DNA from: Octopus sinensis
Taxonomy: Eukaryota
Direction: 5' to 3'
Assembly (NCBI RefSeq): GCF_006345805.1
Contig: NC_043021.1
Location: 13,702,001 to 13,766,000, forward strand
Length of the DNA stretch: 64,000 nucleotides
Shown here: positions 24,548 to 36,199 of the stretch, piece after piece
How the letters are laid out: each line of letters starts with the position of its first letter
How positions within the stretch are numbered: position 1 is the first letter of the stretch
Notes under the pieces: model-generated
The model's database searches: none
What the model saw: the letters and a program-made list of their open reading frames with translations, nothing else
Told to the model about the DNA's origin: nothing
Made by a program: the position numbers and the translations under genes

Positions 24548-25010
24548 TTCTTGTTCCTTGCCAGTCTTGCCTCTCTAAGATTTGTAAGAGAAAGCATGTC
24601 CAGTAGTGATGTATGTATGTATGTACGTACATATGTATGTATGTATGTATATATGTATGTATGCATGCATGCATGCATGCATGCATGTATGTATGTATGT
24701 ATGTATGTATGTATGTATGTATGTATGTACGTACATATGTATGTATGTATGTATGTAGGTAGGTAGGTGTGTGTGTGTGTATGTATGTATGTATGTATGT
24801 ATGTAGGTAGGTAGGTGTATGTGAGTGTGTGTGTATGTATGTATGTAGGTAGGTAGATATGTGTGTATGTATGTATGTATGTAGGTAGGTGTATGTGAGT
24901 GTGTGTGTATGTATGTAGGTAGGTAGATATGTGTGTGTATGTATGTATGTATGTATGTATGTATGTAGGTAGGTAGGTGTTTGTGTGTATGTATGTAGGT
25001 AGGTAGGTAT
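24548..25010. repeat. (TATG)n/(TAGG)n compound microsatellite
   Basis: Directly visible from ~24608 onward, including a (CATG)n block. Confidence 0.9.
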
Positions 25011-25024
25011 TAATAAATGAATAC

Positions 25025-25355
25025 CATGTCTCAGTGGTTTGAGCGTCAGGCTCACAATCACAAGGTAGTAAGTTCGATTCCCAGACTGGGCTGTGTGTCA
25101 TGTTCTTAGGCAAGCCACTTTATTTCACATTGCTCCAGTTCACTCAGCTGTAGAAATTTGTTGCAGTGTCACTGGTGCCAAGCTGTGTCTGCCTTTTCCT
25201 TTCCGTTGGATAACATCGGTGGCATGGAGAGGGGAGGCTGGCATACATAGGCAACTGCTGGTCTTCTATAAACAACCTTGCCTGGACTTGTGCCTTGATG
25301 GGTAATTTTCTAGGTGCAATCCCATGGTCATTCATGACCAAAGAGGCTCTTTACC
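25025..25355 (+). mobile_element. SINE family B
   Basis: Homologous to the 19836 copy. Confidence 0.8.
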
Positions 25356-25949
25356 CTATTTTACCCCATGCTCTACACCTATCTATCTTTCCTAAGACCT
25401 TGGGGGTTGAACAGTTTGACAGGATCCGATGTGACCAAGAATCACATGGTGTTCCAATGTCTCTTTAGATTTAGTTTCTACAGCTGGATGCCCTTCCTAA
25501 TGCTAACCACTTCACAGCACAGCTTGGGTGTTTTTTTTTTGTGACACCTGCATTATTGAGGTTGCTGTGCATCTCACAGAACTACAAACCCTGGGTGGGT
25601 TGGGGATTAGCTTCATGCGAGGAGATGAGGGGATTGAACAGTTTGAAGGTGGGGGCAAGATGCTGATCTGTCACAGGATTACTCATTTTTGCCAGCTGAG
25701 TGGACTGGAGCAACATGAAATGAAGTGTTTTGCTCAAGAATACAACACCTCACCTGCTCCAGGAATCAAAACCACAATCTTGTGATCATGAGTCTAACAC
25801 CCTAACCACTAAGCCATGCCCCTCCTCAGGGAAGATGGTACCTTCAAATGGTACCCTGATCTGAATGCTTGCAACAGAAGGGGCACTGCTTAAGACATCC
25901 AAGGTGTCGGGATATGGTGTTAAACTGGGTGATGGTCACCATCATTATC

Positions 25950-26362
25950 ATCGAACGTCCACTTTTTCATGCTTGTATAGGACGGACAGAATTTCTTGAG
26001 ACAGCTGATTTATTTTTTACAGCTGGATACCCTTCCTGTCACTAACCCTCACCTGTTCCCAAGCAAGGTGTCATTTTCCCATCGCTATACATGTTTTTCA
26101 TGGAATGAACAACCTTACTTGTATGATGGTGATGCTTGTTTACAACCATCATGTGATGTCTAGACAAGTGTATGCACAAACACATGTGTACATATGCACA
26201 TGCACACACACACAAATTTCTTTTAGTTACCATCTATCAAATCCATTCACAAGGCTTTGGTTGGCCCCAGGCTATAAACAGAAAACATTTAAAGTATTTG
26301 CAGTGGGCCTGAACTGGAGGCCATACGGTTGGAAATCAAGCTGCTTGACTGTATGGCCACAC
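25950..26362 (-). mobile_element. SINE A2 (A head + RTE-like tail)
   Basis: Reverse complement of the 11716-12170 architecture. Confidence 0.68.
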
Positions 26363-26779
26363 TTCTTTAATTGTAGTTTGTTTTACATGTGTTTTTACAT
26401 GTGGTAAGAAGCCAAGTGCAGGTGTGGCTCTGTGATAAGAAGTTTGCTTCCCAACCACATGGTTCCAGGTTCAGTCCCACTGTGCAGTACCTTGGGTAAG
26501 TGTCTTCTACTATAGCTTCGAGCCGACCGATGCCTTGTGAGTGAATTTGGTAGGTGGAACTGAAAGAAGCCCATTGTATTTGAATTTTTCTTACAAGAAA
26601 AATATTGGTTTCTATCAAAGAAAGTGCTATGAACTTCACTAAAGTTTTGCATGGCCCCAGCATGGCCTCAGCCTAAGGGCTGAAACATACAAAATAAAAG
26701 AATGTAGGTGCCTGGACTTGTGCCTTGGAGGGGAACTTTCTAGGTGCAATCTCATGGTCATTCATAACTGAAAGGGTCT

Positions 26780-26825
<46 letters not shown>

Positions 26826-26961
26826 CATTGCTTTCTGCTGAATATATGAGATAAGAGTGCTCAGTACATATTGTTGAGGACGTGGGTTTCTTTTTTATTG
26901 AAACTGAAGCTGAGAGTTTGTCACATGACTTGAGTTTCAATAAAAAAAATATATAGATATC

Positions 26962-27340
26962 AGTGCAGGCATGGCTGTTTTGTTTAAGAAGCTCAATTTC
27001 TATGTTTTGGGTTCAGTCCCACTGCGTGGCACCCTTGGGCAAGTGTCTTCTACTATAGCCTTGAGCTGACCAAAGCCTTGTGAGTGGATTTGGTAGTCGG
27101 AACTGAAAGAAGCCCATTGTATATGTGTGTGTGAGTGTTCGTGTTTGCCCCCTCCCATCGCTTGACAGCTGATGCTGGCTTGTTTATTTCCCCACAACTT
27201 AGCAGTTCAGCAAAAGAGACCGATAGAATAAGTACTAAGCTTAGAAAGAATAAGTTTCCGGGTCAATTTCTTCGACTAAAACCCTTTATGGTGGTGTTCT
27301 TACATGGCTGCAGTGAAATGACTGAAACAAATAAAAGAAT
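26962..27340 (+). mobile_element. SINE family A
   Basis: Head, TG tract and tail homologous to the 11236 copy. Confidence 0.82.
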
Positions 27341-27354
27341 ACTTATTATTATTA

Positions 27355-27570
27355 AGGCAGCGAGCTGGTAGAATCGTGAGCACACCAGATGAAATGCTTT
27401 CGTCTGTCGCAATGTTCTGAGTTCAAATCCTGCTGAGGTCGACTTTGCCTTTCATCTTTTGGGGTGGGGGTGGGTCGATAAAATTAGTACCAGTTACGCA
27501 CTGGGGTCAATGTAATTGACTTAATCCCTTCCTCCAAATTTGGGGCCTTGTGCTTCCAGTAGAAAGGATT
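27355..27570 (+). mobile_element. SINE family C
   Basis: AAGGCAGCGAGCTGGTAGAATC...GAGTTCAAATCC...GAGGTCGACTTTGCCTTTCATC...AGTACCAG...CTGGGGTC. Confidence 0.78.
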
Positions 27571-29664
27571 ATTAGTGGAGATGTACTTGCATAGCAAGTG
27601 ACCTGATCTGAGATCATGTGCTGGAACGAAAATAATTGCAGCGTGGAAGGTGTTTATAAGCCTTTTAAGAAACGCACAAAAACTGTTATATTCACTTCAA
27701 CATTTAAATTTAATTTGCTAAAATATTTATTTACATATACATATATGCAGAAAATATTTGTTTACATACATATATGCACAACATTATATATATATATATA
27801 TTACACACTTGTACAACCACTAAAGGACATAAACATGTAAGCCTAAAGACCTTATGAACTTTTTTCCTTTTTCTTTTTTTCTCTGTCAACCTTCGTTCTC
27901 CTATCAATATTCCTCTGATAAAGTCCAATTCATTCTGACGATGTTTGTTACATGAAACAAGATAAATGCAAATTTATCTCAAAAATAACAAAGTGAAACA
28001 GCTGTAAATTCAATGATCAACTTCTAATCGTTAATTGTTGCTCCACTTCTTATCTATCTATCTATCTATCCATCCATCCATCCATACGTATATATATATA
28101 TATACATGCATGTAAAAAGCACCCACTACACTCACGGAGTGGTTGGTGTTAGGAAGGGCATCCAGCCGTAGAAACAGTGCCAGATCAGACTGGGCCTGGT
28201 GCAGCCTTCTGGCTTCCCAGACCCCAGTTGAACCGTCCAACCCATGCTAGCATGGAAAGCGGACACTAAACGATGATGATGATGATGATATAGTTTCCAT
28301 TTACTAAATCCACTATCAGAGTTTTGTAGACCCAAAGCTATAGTGGAAGATGCTTGCCCTAGGTACTGCACAGTGGGACTGAACCCAGAACCATGTGGTA
28401 GGGAAGCAGAGTAATTCTTTGTAGTCCAGCAAACTGGACAAATTCAACAAAATCTAAATCTGTTTCTTCACTGGAGAAAATTTTTTTGCTTGTTTATTTC
28501 TTGTTCTACTTTGCTTAGGACATAAACTAACATCTGTTGTAAAGTAGAATTATTCTACCATTTAGCCTGTTACCATTTCTGAACGACAGCCAAACATTGC
28601 CCACCATAATCAATAATGGCAGTGAATAACTTTGTACATTAAGTTCATGATTCTTGTATTACCAGAAGAAAAAAAAAACATATAGAGAAGGAAATGTCTT
28701 GGCGTGTGAATGACTCAACAATGCTATATTAATAATGCGAAAGAAGTAAATCTTGTTCTGAATCCGGAACTAAATGTCAAAAACGAACCAAAAAATTAGT
28801 CATCGATGACCCAAGACAAGTCTTGTATTTTGTGGTTAACAAAAAGGAGAAAAAATGTCTTAGTACTAAGATTAAGGTGCTGGTGTACATGCATAGATCT
28901 CTGGTACCAACACTGTATTGGTTCTTTGGTACCAACATGTATATTTCTAGTGCCAACTTTATAGTAGGACTGTTACCAACACTCCAGTAGAACTCTGGTG
29001 CCAATACTATAGTACATATCTGGTGTGGATTCTGTAGAAGATCTCTGGTGCCAATCCTCTTGTAGATCCCTGGTGCCAATACTCATCACCACTACCATTT
29101 AATGTCTGCTTTCCATGCTGGCATGGGTTTGACATGGAGCTGGCCAGCTGGGAACTGTCCAGCTGGGAGCTGTCCAGACCCCAGCTGTCTGTTGTGGCAT
29201 GGTTTCTATGGCTGGGTGCCCTTCCTAACACCAACTACTTAACAGAGTGTGCTTGGTGCTTTTTACATGCTACCAACACGAGTGTGTTTATGCAGCACTG
29301 GTACAGGTGCATTTTATGTTAAAAGTTAAAAAATGAGTACCATTTGAGCACTGGGGGCCAATATAGTCAACTTAGCCTGTCCCTCAAAATTGCTGACCTT
29401 GTGCCAAAATTGGAAACCAGTATTTTTATCATCATCATGAAGGTGGCAAGCTGGCAGAGCCATTAGCATGCTGGGCAAAATGCCTAACAGCATTTCGTCT
29501 GTATGTTCTGAGTTCAAATTCCATCCTTTAGGGGCCAATAAAATAAATACCAGTTAAACATTAGGATTGATGTAGTCAATTCCCTCCCCTGTAATGTAAT
29601 CAATTCCCTCCCTTGGAATTGCTAGCCTTGTGCCAAAATTTGAAACCAATATATTTATATATAT

Positions 29665-29860
29665 AGGGAGAATTCCCCCCCCCCCCCCGAAAAAAAACAA
29701 AATATGAAGACAGGTGGTGTCTAATACATCTGAAGACAGATGTATTAGTATAATGCTCGGGAAGTGAAAAAGTCTTTAATGTTTCGAGCCTATGCTCTTC
29801 CACAGAAAGAAACAAAGAGAGAAAATAAAGAATGTGTACTGGCTAGCGATCTATCATGAT
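29665..29860 (-). mobile_element. Penelope-derived short element with minimal hammerhead-like motif (copy 3)
   Basis: Minus strand TCTTT-CTGTGGA-A-GAGC-ATAG-GCTC-GAAA-CAT-T-AAAGA (29773-29810). Confidence 0.68.
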
Positions 29861-30541
29861 ATATATATGATCACTTCCTCCAATGTCCCTTGACCTCTCA
29901 AATGACTTTTGTCATGCAAGTTACTTGGTGACCCTGCCAGTGCTGGTGCCACTTAAAAAGCATCCAGTCCACACTGTAAAGTGGTTGGCATTTGGAAGGG
30001 CATCCAGCTGTAAAAACCTTGCCAGAACTGAGCTCGCCTGTGCTTGTGCAATGTAGAAAGCACTCAGTCCACTCAGCAGGGTGGTTGTTCTTAGGAAGGG
30101 CATCCAGCTATAAGAACCTTGCCAAAACTGACACAGATGCCTGGTGCAGGCTCCTATCAAACCATCCCACCCATGCCAACCTGGAAGGCAGACGTTAAAT
30201 GATGATGACCATCATACTTATCATCACCACCATCATCATCATTATCACCAAGGTGGCAGAATCATTAGGACACTAGACAGAATGCTTAATGGGATTTCTT
30301 CTTGCTTTATGTTCTGGTTCAACTTCTGCTGAAGTCGACTTTACTTTTCACCCTTTCAAGGTCAATAAAATAAGTATCATTTGAGCACTGGGGTCAGGGT
30401 AATCAACAAGCCCTTTCTCTAAAATTTCTTAAAATGAAGATGTTTGTCTGTTGTTTCTATAAAAATTGTATTTTGTGTATGAAGGATTTCTTTTGTCAGT
30501 ACGGTAATTCATGACTATTCTTTTTTTTTTCTGATTTACAG

Positions 30542-30625
30542 GCAGTCAGCGATGATGATGAGGCTGAAGAAGTGGCTGTCCAAGTTGAGAGTGGAGGTGG
30601 GTTCATGGAAGAATTTTTCGAACAG
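30542..30625 (+). CDS. STX1: Syntaxin-1 (neuronal t-SNARE) internal coding exon 2, phase 0/0, 28 codons
   Basis: T-rich tract + TTTACAG acceptor (AG 30540-30541), 84 nt translating to AVSDDDEAEEVAVQVESGGGFMEEFFEQ, donor CAG|GTCAGT. Matches the recalled squid/Aplysia syntaxin N-terminus (...AAVSD..EEVAVQV..GGGFMEEFFEQ) and the exon-2 boundaries of vertebrate STX1A. Confidence 0.93.
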
Positions 30626-30769
30626 GTCAGTTGAATCATGGCTTTCAATTTTTTCACTTTTTTTTTTCTTTTTTTATTTCCATCTCTTTCTCTTTATTTA
30701 CACAGCAAACCTTTCTTTTTGTCAATTACTCCTTCAGCCTGTTTATTTTTTTTTCTGTCCATCAGTGAG

Positions 30770-31110
30770 TCTGTCAGTTCATCTGCTGAGTCTTTCAGTC
30801 CATTTATGAGTCTGTCAGTCCATTTGTGAGTCTGTCAGTCCATTTGTGAGTCTGTCAGTCCATTTGTGAGTCAGTCAGTCCATCTGTTAGTCTCTCTGAC
30901 CTTTTGTGAATCTGTTAGTCTGTGAGTCGCACTGTCCACTTGTGAGTCTCTCTATCCAATAGTGAGTCTCTCTGATACTGAGTCTCTCTGATACTGAGTC
31001 TCTCTGATACTGAGTCTCTCTGATACTGAGTCTCTCTTGTACTGAGTCTCTCTGGTACTGAGTCTCTCTGGTACTGAGTCTCTCTGATACTGAGTCTCTC
31101 TGCTCATCAG
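30770..31110. repeat. Two related minisatellites (~20-bp TGAGTCTGTCAGTCCATTTG, then 16-bp CTGAGTCTCTCTGATA)
   Basis: Directly visible ~150 nt downstream of the exon. Confidence 0.9.
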
Positions 31111-31467
31111 TGAATCTCTCTGTCTCACTCTCTGTCTACCCTTGTCTAGCAGTCTCTCCAAATCATTTCAATACAACCCTTTATGTCTCTCATTTCCATG
31201 TGTCTGTCACTGTCCATTTTTTTTTTGTCCAAATGTCTCCCTATTCATTTATTTGATTGAGTGTCTCTGTCCATTCATCTCTGTATCTTAGCCATCCATT
31301 TTTGTGATTGTCTGCTTATTTCTATGTCTGTCAGTCCATCTATGTCTTGTCAGCCCTACCTAGCTGTCTGTCTGTATTAAGCTACTAGTATCTGTCTGTC
31401 TGCCTGTATGTCTGTTTTCCAGCCTATTTATCTCGCCACAGTTTAGTGCTCCATCTCACTGCTTGTG

Positions 31468-31644
31468 ACCATTTAGTATTTCTCTCTCTCTTTCTCTCCC
31501 CCTCTCTAATATTTCCTCTACACATTCATTAGGCCAGGCCAAATCAGTCCAGTTATATATCTTCTCGTTACTAACCTTGTTCCCTATGCAAAGGTCATGC
31601 TGCTTGTTAAACCTCTGGTACTTAGTTTTCTGATCTGTTAATCC
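31468..31644. repeat. ~170-bp segment duplicated at 42702-42872, possible LINE RT fragment on minus strand
   Basis: Core nearly identical in both copies. Minus-strand translation ...CIGNKVSNEKIYNWT... resembles the LINE K.SNE.(L/I) motif. Confidence 0.8.
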
Positions 31645-33239
31645 GTCTTCATACACACACAAACACACACACATATATATGTACACATGTGCATATATAT
31701 GTGTGTGTTTATGTGTGCATATATATATAAACATATTCCATCTTCACACATACATACACATATATATGTACACAGTCACATATATCTATACATACAATCA
31801 CATATACATGTTGATATACACATGTATGTATAAACACATTCTCATATACACATCCACATATGATGGCCATCCTTGTACAATATATACATAATACATGTAC
31901 ACACACACACACCCAACATACAGATAATCACACACAACACACACTTGTTCACAACTGTGTATACACACATACACATGCACACATTTGATATATACATGTT
32001 CGCACATTCTCAATTACATAGAGGTGTTGATAAATGTTTTAACAGAGGTGGATTTTAACATTGCAGGTCACCAGGATCATTATTTTCTTTCCAGTTACTC
32101 TTAGCCTCCCTTATATGATGCAAAGTAACCATGTGTCTCCTCTATAACAAGACACCTGTACCTATCCCCCAGTGATACTTTAGCCTCTTGACACTTGGTA
32201 TAAAGCCACCTGTCTCAATACTACAATGCCACTCAATCGAGGTGTGTCTTTCTTGTCTTATGAGTTACCTGGCAACCCCACTAGTGCCAGTGCCACAAAT
32301 GAAAGCAGCCCATGTACACTATAAAGTGGTTGGCATGAGGGAAGGCACCCAACTCTAGAAACCATTCCAAAACCAACATTGGAGCTCAACACAGTTCTTT
32401 GGCTCATAGGATCCAGTGGAAACTCCAGACCCATATCAACATGGAAGGCACATGTTAAATGATGACGATGATGGTTAAAGTGGTATTTTATAATTATTGG
32501 TATGGCTGATGTTTTACATCTTGTCACTGGGACTGTGTTGTGATTGAAACACTTATCTCTCAGCAATTCCAGTTCATGAAGACAGCTGCATGTCAGTATG
32601 GGTCACTGCATGTAGGTCCAGGTAGCTACATGTTAGTTCATGTAGCTGCAGGTATGGCATTAGGTGTTGATATGGTTATGTGGTTAAGAAGTTCGGTTTG
32701 CAACCATGTGGTTTTGGGTTCAGTCCCACTGCACAGTGTCTTCTACTATAGTCCTGGGTCAGTCAATGCCTTGTGAGTGAATTTAGTAGATGGAAACTGT
32801 ATGGAAGTCTGTTGTGTATGTGTGTGTTTGTCACCCCCCCCCCAACCACTTGACAACTGTAACTTGACTGAGAAAATAAGAACCAAACTTAAAATATATG
32901 TAAGTACTAGAGCTGGGTTTTTTGACTAAAATCCTTCATGGTGGTGCCCCAGCATAGCAGCAGTCCAATGACTGAAACAAGCTAAAGATAAAAGATGAAA
33001 AGAATCATTATTACCATTAACTAGAAATTTTAAGAATTTTGTAATAAGCAAGCAACAACAACAAAAATAAATATGTGCAGTCTATAGTTTTTTTCCTTTA
33101 ATTTCAAATTCAAATTGTTAATCCCATAAAAAATTATGAAAATACAATTATCTCCTTTGTGTTCACTGTCCACTAGGGGACACCATATGTTTAAAAAAAA
33201 TGCTAATGCTTCTTATGTCAAAAGATACTTATGAAAATG

Positions 33240-33560
33240 TCACAGCCAAAACATTCAGGTTTCCTTTGACAACACAGAACAAAACATTGGGAACCTTAGA
33301 ATAAAAGAAGCCATCATCATTAGCAAGACCAAACAACATATTAACAACAGAATCAAGTTGCATGCAGCTGATTGGCTATTATAGCAACGCCACCCTATGC
33401 ATACAAAGCAACCCTCCATATACAAAATCTACAGAACAGATAAATCAGCTTGAAACAGCAAATTTTCAAAAATTTCCTGATGAAGGGGTCCTAACCCCAA
33501 AATATTGAAATACAAGATAGAAGTACCAACCACCAACTTGTATAACTTGCATTGTTTTGG
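33240..33560 (+). mobile_element. Penelope-like element 3' relic (GIY-YIG C-terminus + pLTR hammerhead)
   Basis: Translation NTEQNIGNLRIKEAIIISKTKQHINNRI resembles the PLE endonuclease C-terminal L.IKEA..I motif. Followed by ATTTC-CTGATGA-A-GGGG-TCCTAA-CCCC-AAAA-TAT-T-GAAAT. Confidence 0.68.
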
Positions 33561-33640
33561 TTTTTTGAAAAGCATTAAAAACATTTGTCTATATCTGACA
33601 ATACATGTAACCTGCTTTACTCTAAAAAAGAAATGATTAT

Positions 33641-33863
33641 CTCTTTAATATTTAAACTGGCCATATCCAGCTCAAATAATGTACCTGTTTTATGTTAGAT
33701 CTAGCCAGATCCAGCTTCTTACATCTGCCTTACAACGTCATTTTAAAAATAAACAATTACATCATCAAAATCTCAAAGCTACAAGATAAAGCATGATTAA
33801 TTCAAAACAATGTGAATAAATAAGCATTACATTTGATAGAGTAACCTGAATAGTAAAGGGTGA
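33641..33863. mobile_element. Degenerate piggyBac-like MITE
   Basis: Ends resemble CCCTTTA...TAAAGGG with corrupted TTAA. Confidence 0.4.
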
Positions 33864-33909
33864 AATGTCATCAAAGACAGGTCGATGGACTTTGACTTTG
33901 TTTTTAGTA

Positions 33910-34440
33910 GGTGTGGTGGTGGTGGTGGTGGCAATGGGGAGAGAGGAGGAGTGTTGGTCTTTTATTTTTATCTGAAAGTTATCTGTTGTACCTCGTCCCA
34001 ACAGCACCATACATGATGATGATGATGATCATCATCATCATCGTTATCAGTGTCATCACAACCATCGTTATCTTTATCAATGCTCTCATGATTGCCGCTG
34101 CCACCACTGCCATCACCACCAATATTACCGTCACTGCTACTTCCACCACTACTGCCCACACCACCCCAACCACCACTATTAGACCTAACACTAACACTAT
34201 CATCATCATCACCACCACCACCACCACCACTACCAACAACAACAACACTACCACCACCATCATCACCACCTCCACTACCATGACACCCTGCTCCCACCAG
34301 TCACCATCACAAACACCACCACCATCATAATCAACATCATACTCTATGACTGCCACCATCCTCCCTTCGTAACTATTGGTAGTGTCATCCTTGCAGGTCC
34401 CAATGTAAACATATAACAGCAACAACAACAATAATCACCA
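33910..34440. repeat. (CCA)/(CAT)/(CAA) triplet low-complexity tract
   Basis: Directly visible. Confidence 0.9.
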
Positions 34441-34757
34441 CAAGCCAACAGGCAAGCTTCTACATGGTTGCTTGACCTGTTAGTCATAGCTGTCAAATCA
34501 GCCTCAAATCATACCTTACTAACTTAGAAAAAAAAAAAAGAAAGGAAAATGGGTGTTTTTAGATATTGTTGTCCTACATGGATTTGTAGAGATGGTAGGA
34601 GGTGAGCACAACACACACACACACACACACATATGCACACAAGTTCAATCAGAAATTCTTAAGCACTGTTATACACAGAGGTTTGGCCATATACACACAC
34701 ACATATGTCTACATATATACACACACATTATATACTAACACATACATACACACACAC

Positions 34758-34812
<55 letters not shown>

Positions 34813-34927
34813 ATATATACATTATATACAAAGCATACATGCATATACGCACATACATTTATACATGCACACACAAATACACACACACACACACACATAT
34901 ATTATATACAGACATTCATGCATACAT

Positions 34928-34992
<65 letters not shown>

Positions 34993-35229
34993 CACACATA
35001 TATACATACACACATGTATACACATATACATATACACACACATGCATGCATGCATGCATGCATAGACAGTTTTTCTAAATCTGCTTGTTTAAACCTGTGA
35101 AAATTGTACAGAAATATTCAACCCGTTGATTATTATCTGGATTATCTCTGTAATTAACTGTTGATTGTCTCTGTTAATTAACAGCCATTTTAGTTGCCGT
35201 TGTATTAGTATTAGTTAAGATTACTAACT

Positions 35230-35450
35230 GTCCAACATTACCACCACTACTACTATTACTACTGCCTCCACTCTACTGCTTATCACCACCATGGCCACCA
35301 CCACCACTACTACTACCACTACCACCACCAAACTAATATTACCACAACCACCAGTCTACAACATCCACTGCTATCACCAGAATCAATTAAGACTACTACT
35401 ACTACTTCTACCACCACCACCACCACCACTATCACTAGAATCAATTTAAG

Positions 35451-35491
<41 letters not shown>

Positions 35492-35760
35492 AACCACCAC
35501 CACCACCACCACCACTGCTATCACTAGAATCAATTTAAGATGACTACTACTACTACTACTACCACCACCACCACCACTATTGCTATCACTAGAATCATTT
35601 TAAGATGACTACTACTACTACTGAGTTACTATTACTACTATTACTTTCACTCCTACTGCTGCTGCTGCCGCCACTACCACCTCCAACATCCGTCTCAACA
35701 GCTATTGCTGTCACTAGAATCAATTTAAGACTTCTACTACTACTACTACTACTCATCACC
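35230..35760. repeat. Composite minisatellite: (CTA)n(CCA)n + TATCACTAGAATCAATTTAAGA, ~5 units
   Basis: Unique spacer recurs near 35375, 35435, 35520, 35585, 35712. Confidence 0.85.
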
Positions 35761-35814
35761 CTAACATCACTGCTGTCAGCATCACCATCAATCTCCGAGG
35801 CACATTACCTATTT

Positions 35815-36030
35815 CTTTACTACCCACCAGGGGCTAAACACAGAGGGGACAAACAAGGACAGACAAACGGATTAAGTCGATTACATCGACTCCAGTATGT
35901 AACTGGTACTTAATTTATCGACCCCAAAAGGACGAAAGGCAAAGTCGACCTCGTCTGAATTTGAACTCAGAACGTAACGGCAGACGAAATACCGCAAAGC
36001 ATTTTGCCTGGCGTGCTAACGTTTCTGCCA
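35815..36030 (-). mobile_element. SINE family C
   Basis: Reverse complement of the 53045 copy. Retains CpGs. Confidence 0.82.
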
Positions 36031-36199
36031 TTACCACCACCACTACCACCACCGTCATGGCCCTAGCATTATCACCTTCATCTTTAATTTACTAATCAAC
36101 ATTGTCCTAATGTCAAAACTACCACACTAAGCATCCTAACATCTCCACCACAACCACTACAACCAGACTAACACCACTGCTACAACCCAAACATTCGAC

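Noticed and set aside
30542-30545. Alternative acceptor CAG GCAG 4 nt downstream
   Set aside because: It would shift the frame. The upstream AG gives the conserved peptide.
30552-30809. ORF MMMRLKKWLSKLRVEVG...
   Set aside because: This is a different reading frame over the real syntaxin exon, running on into the intron.
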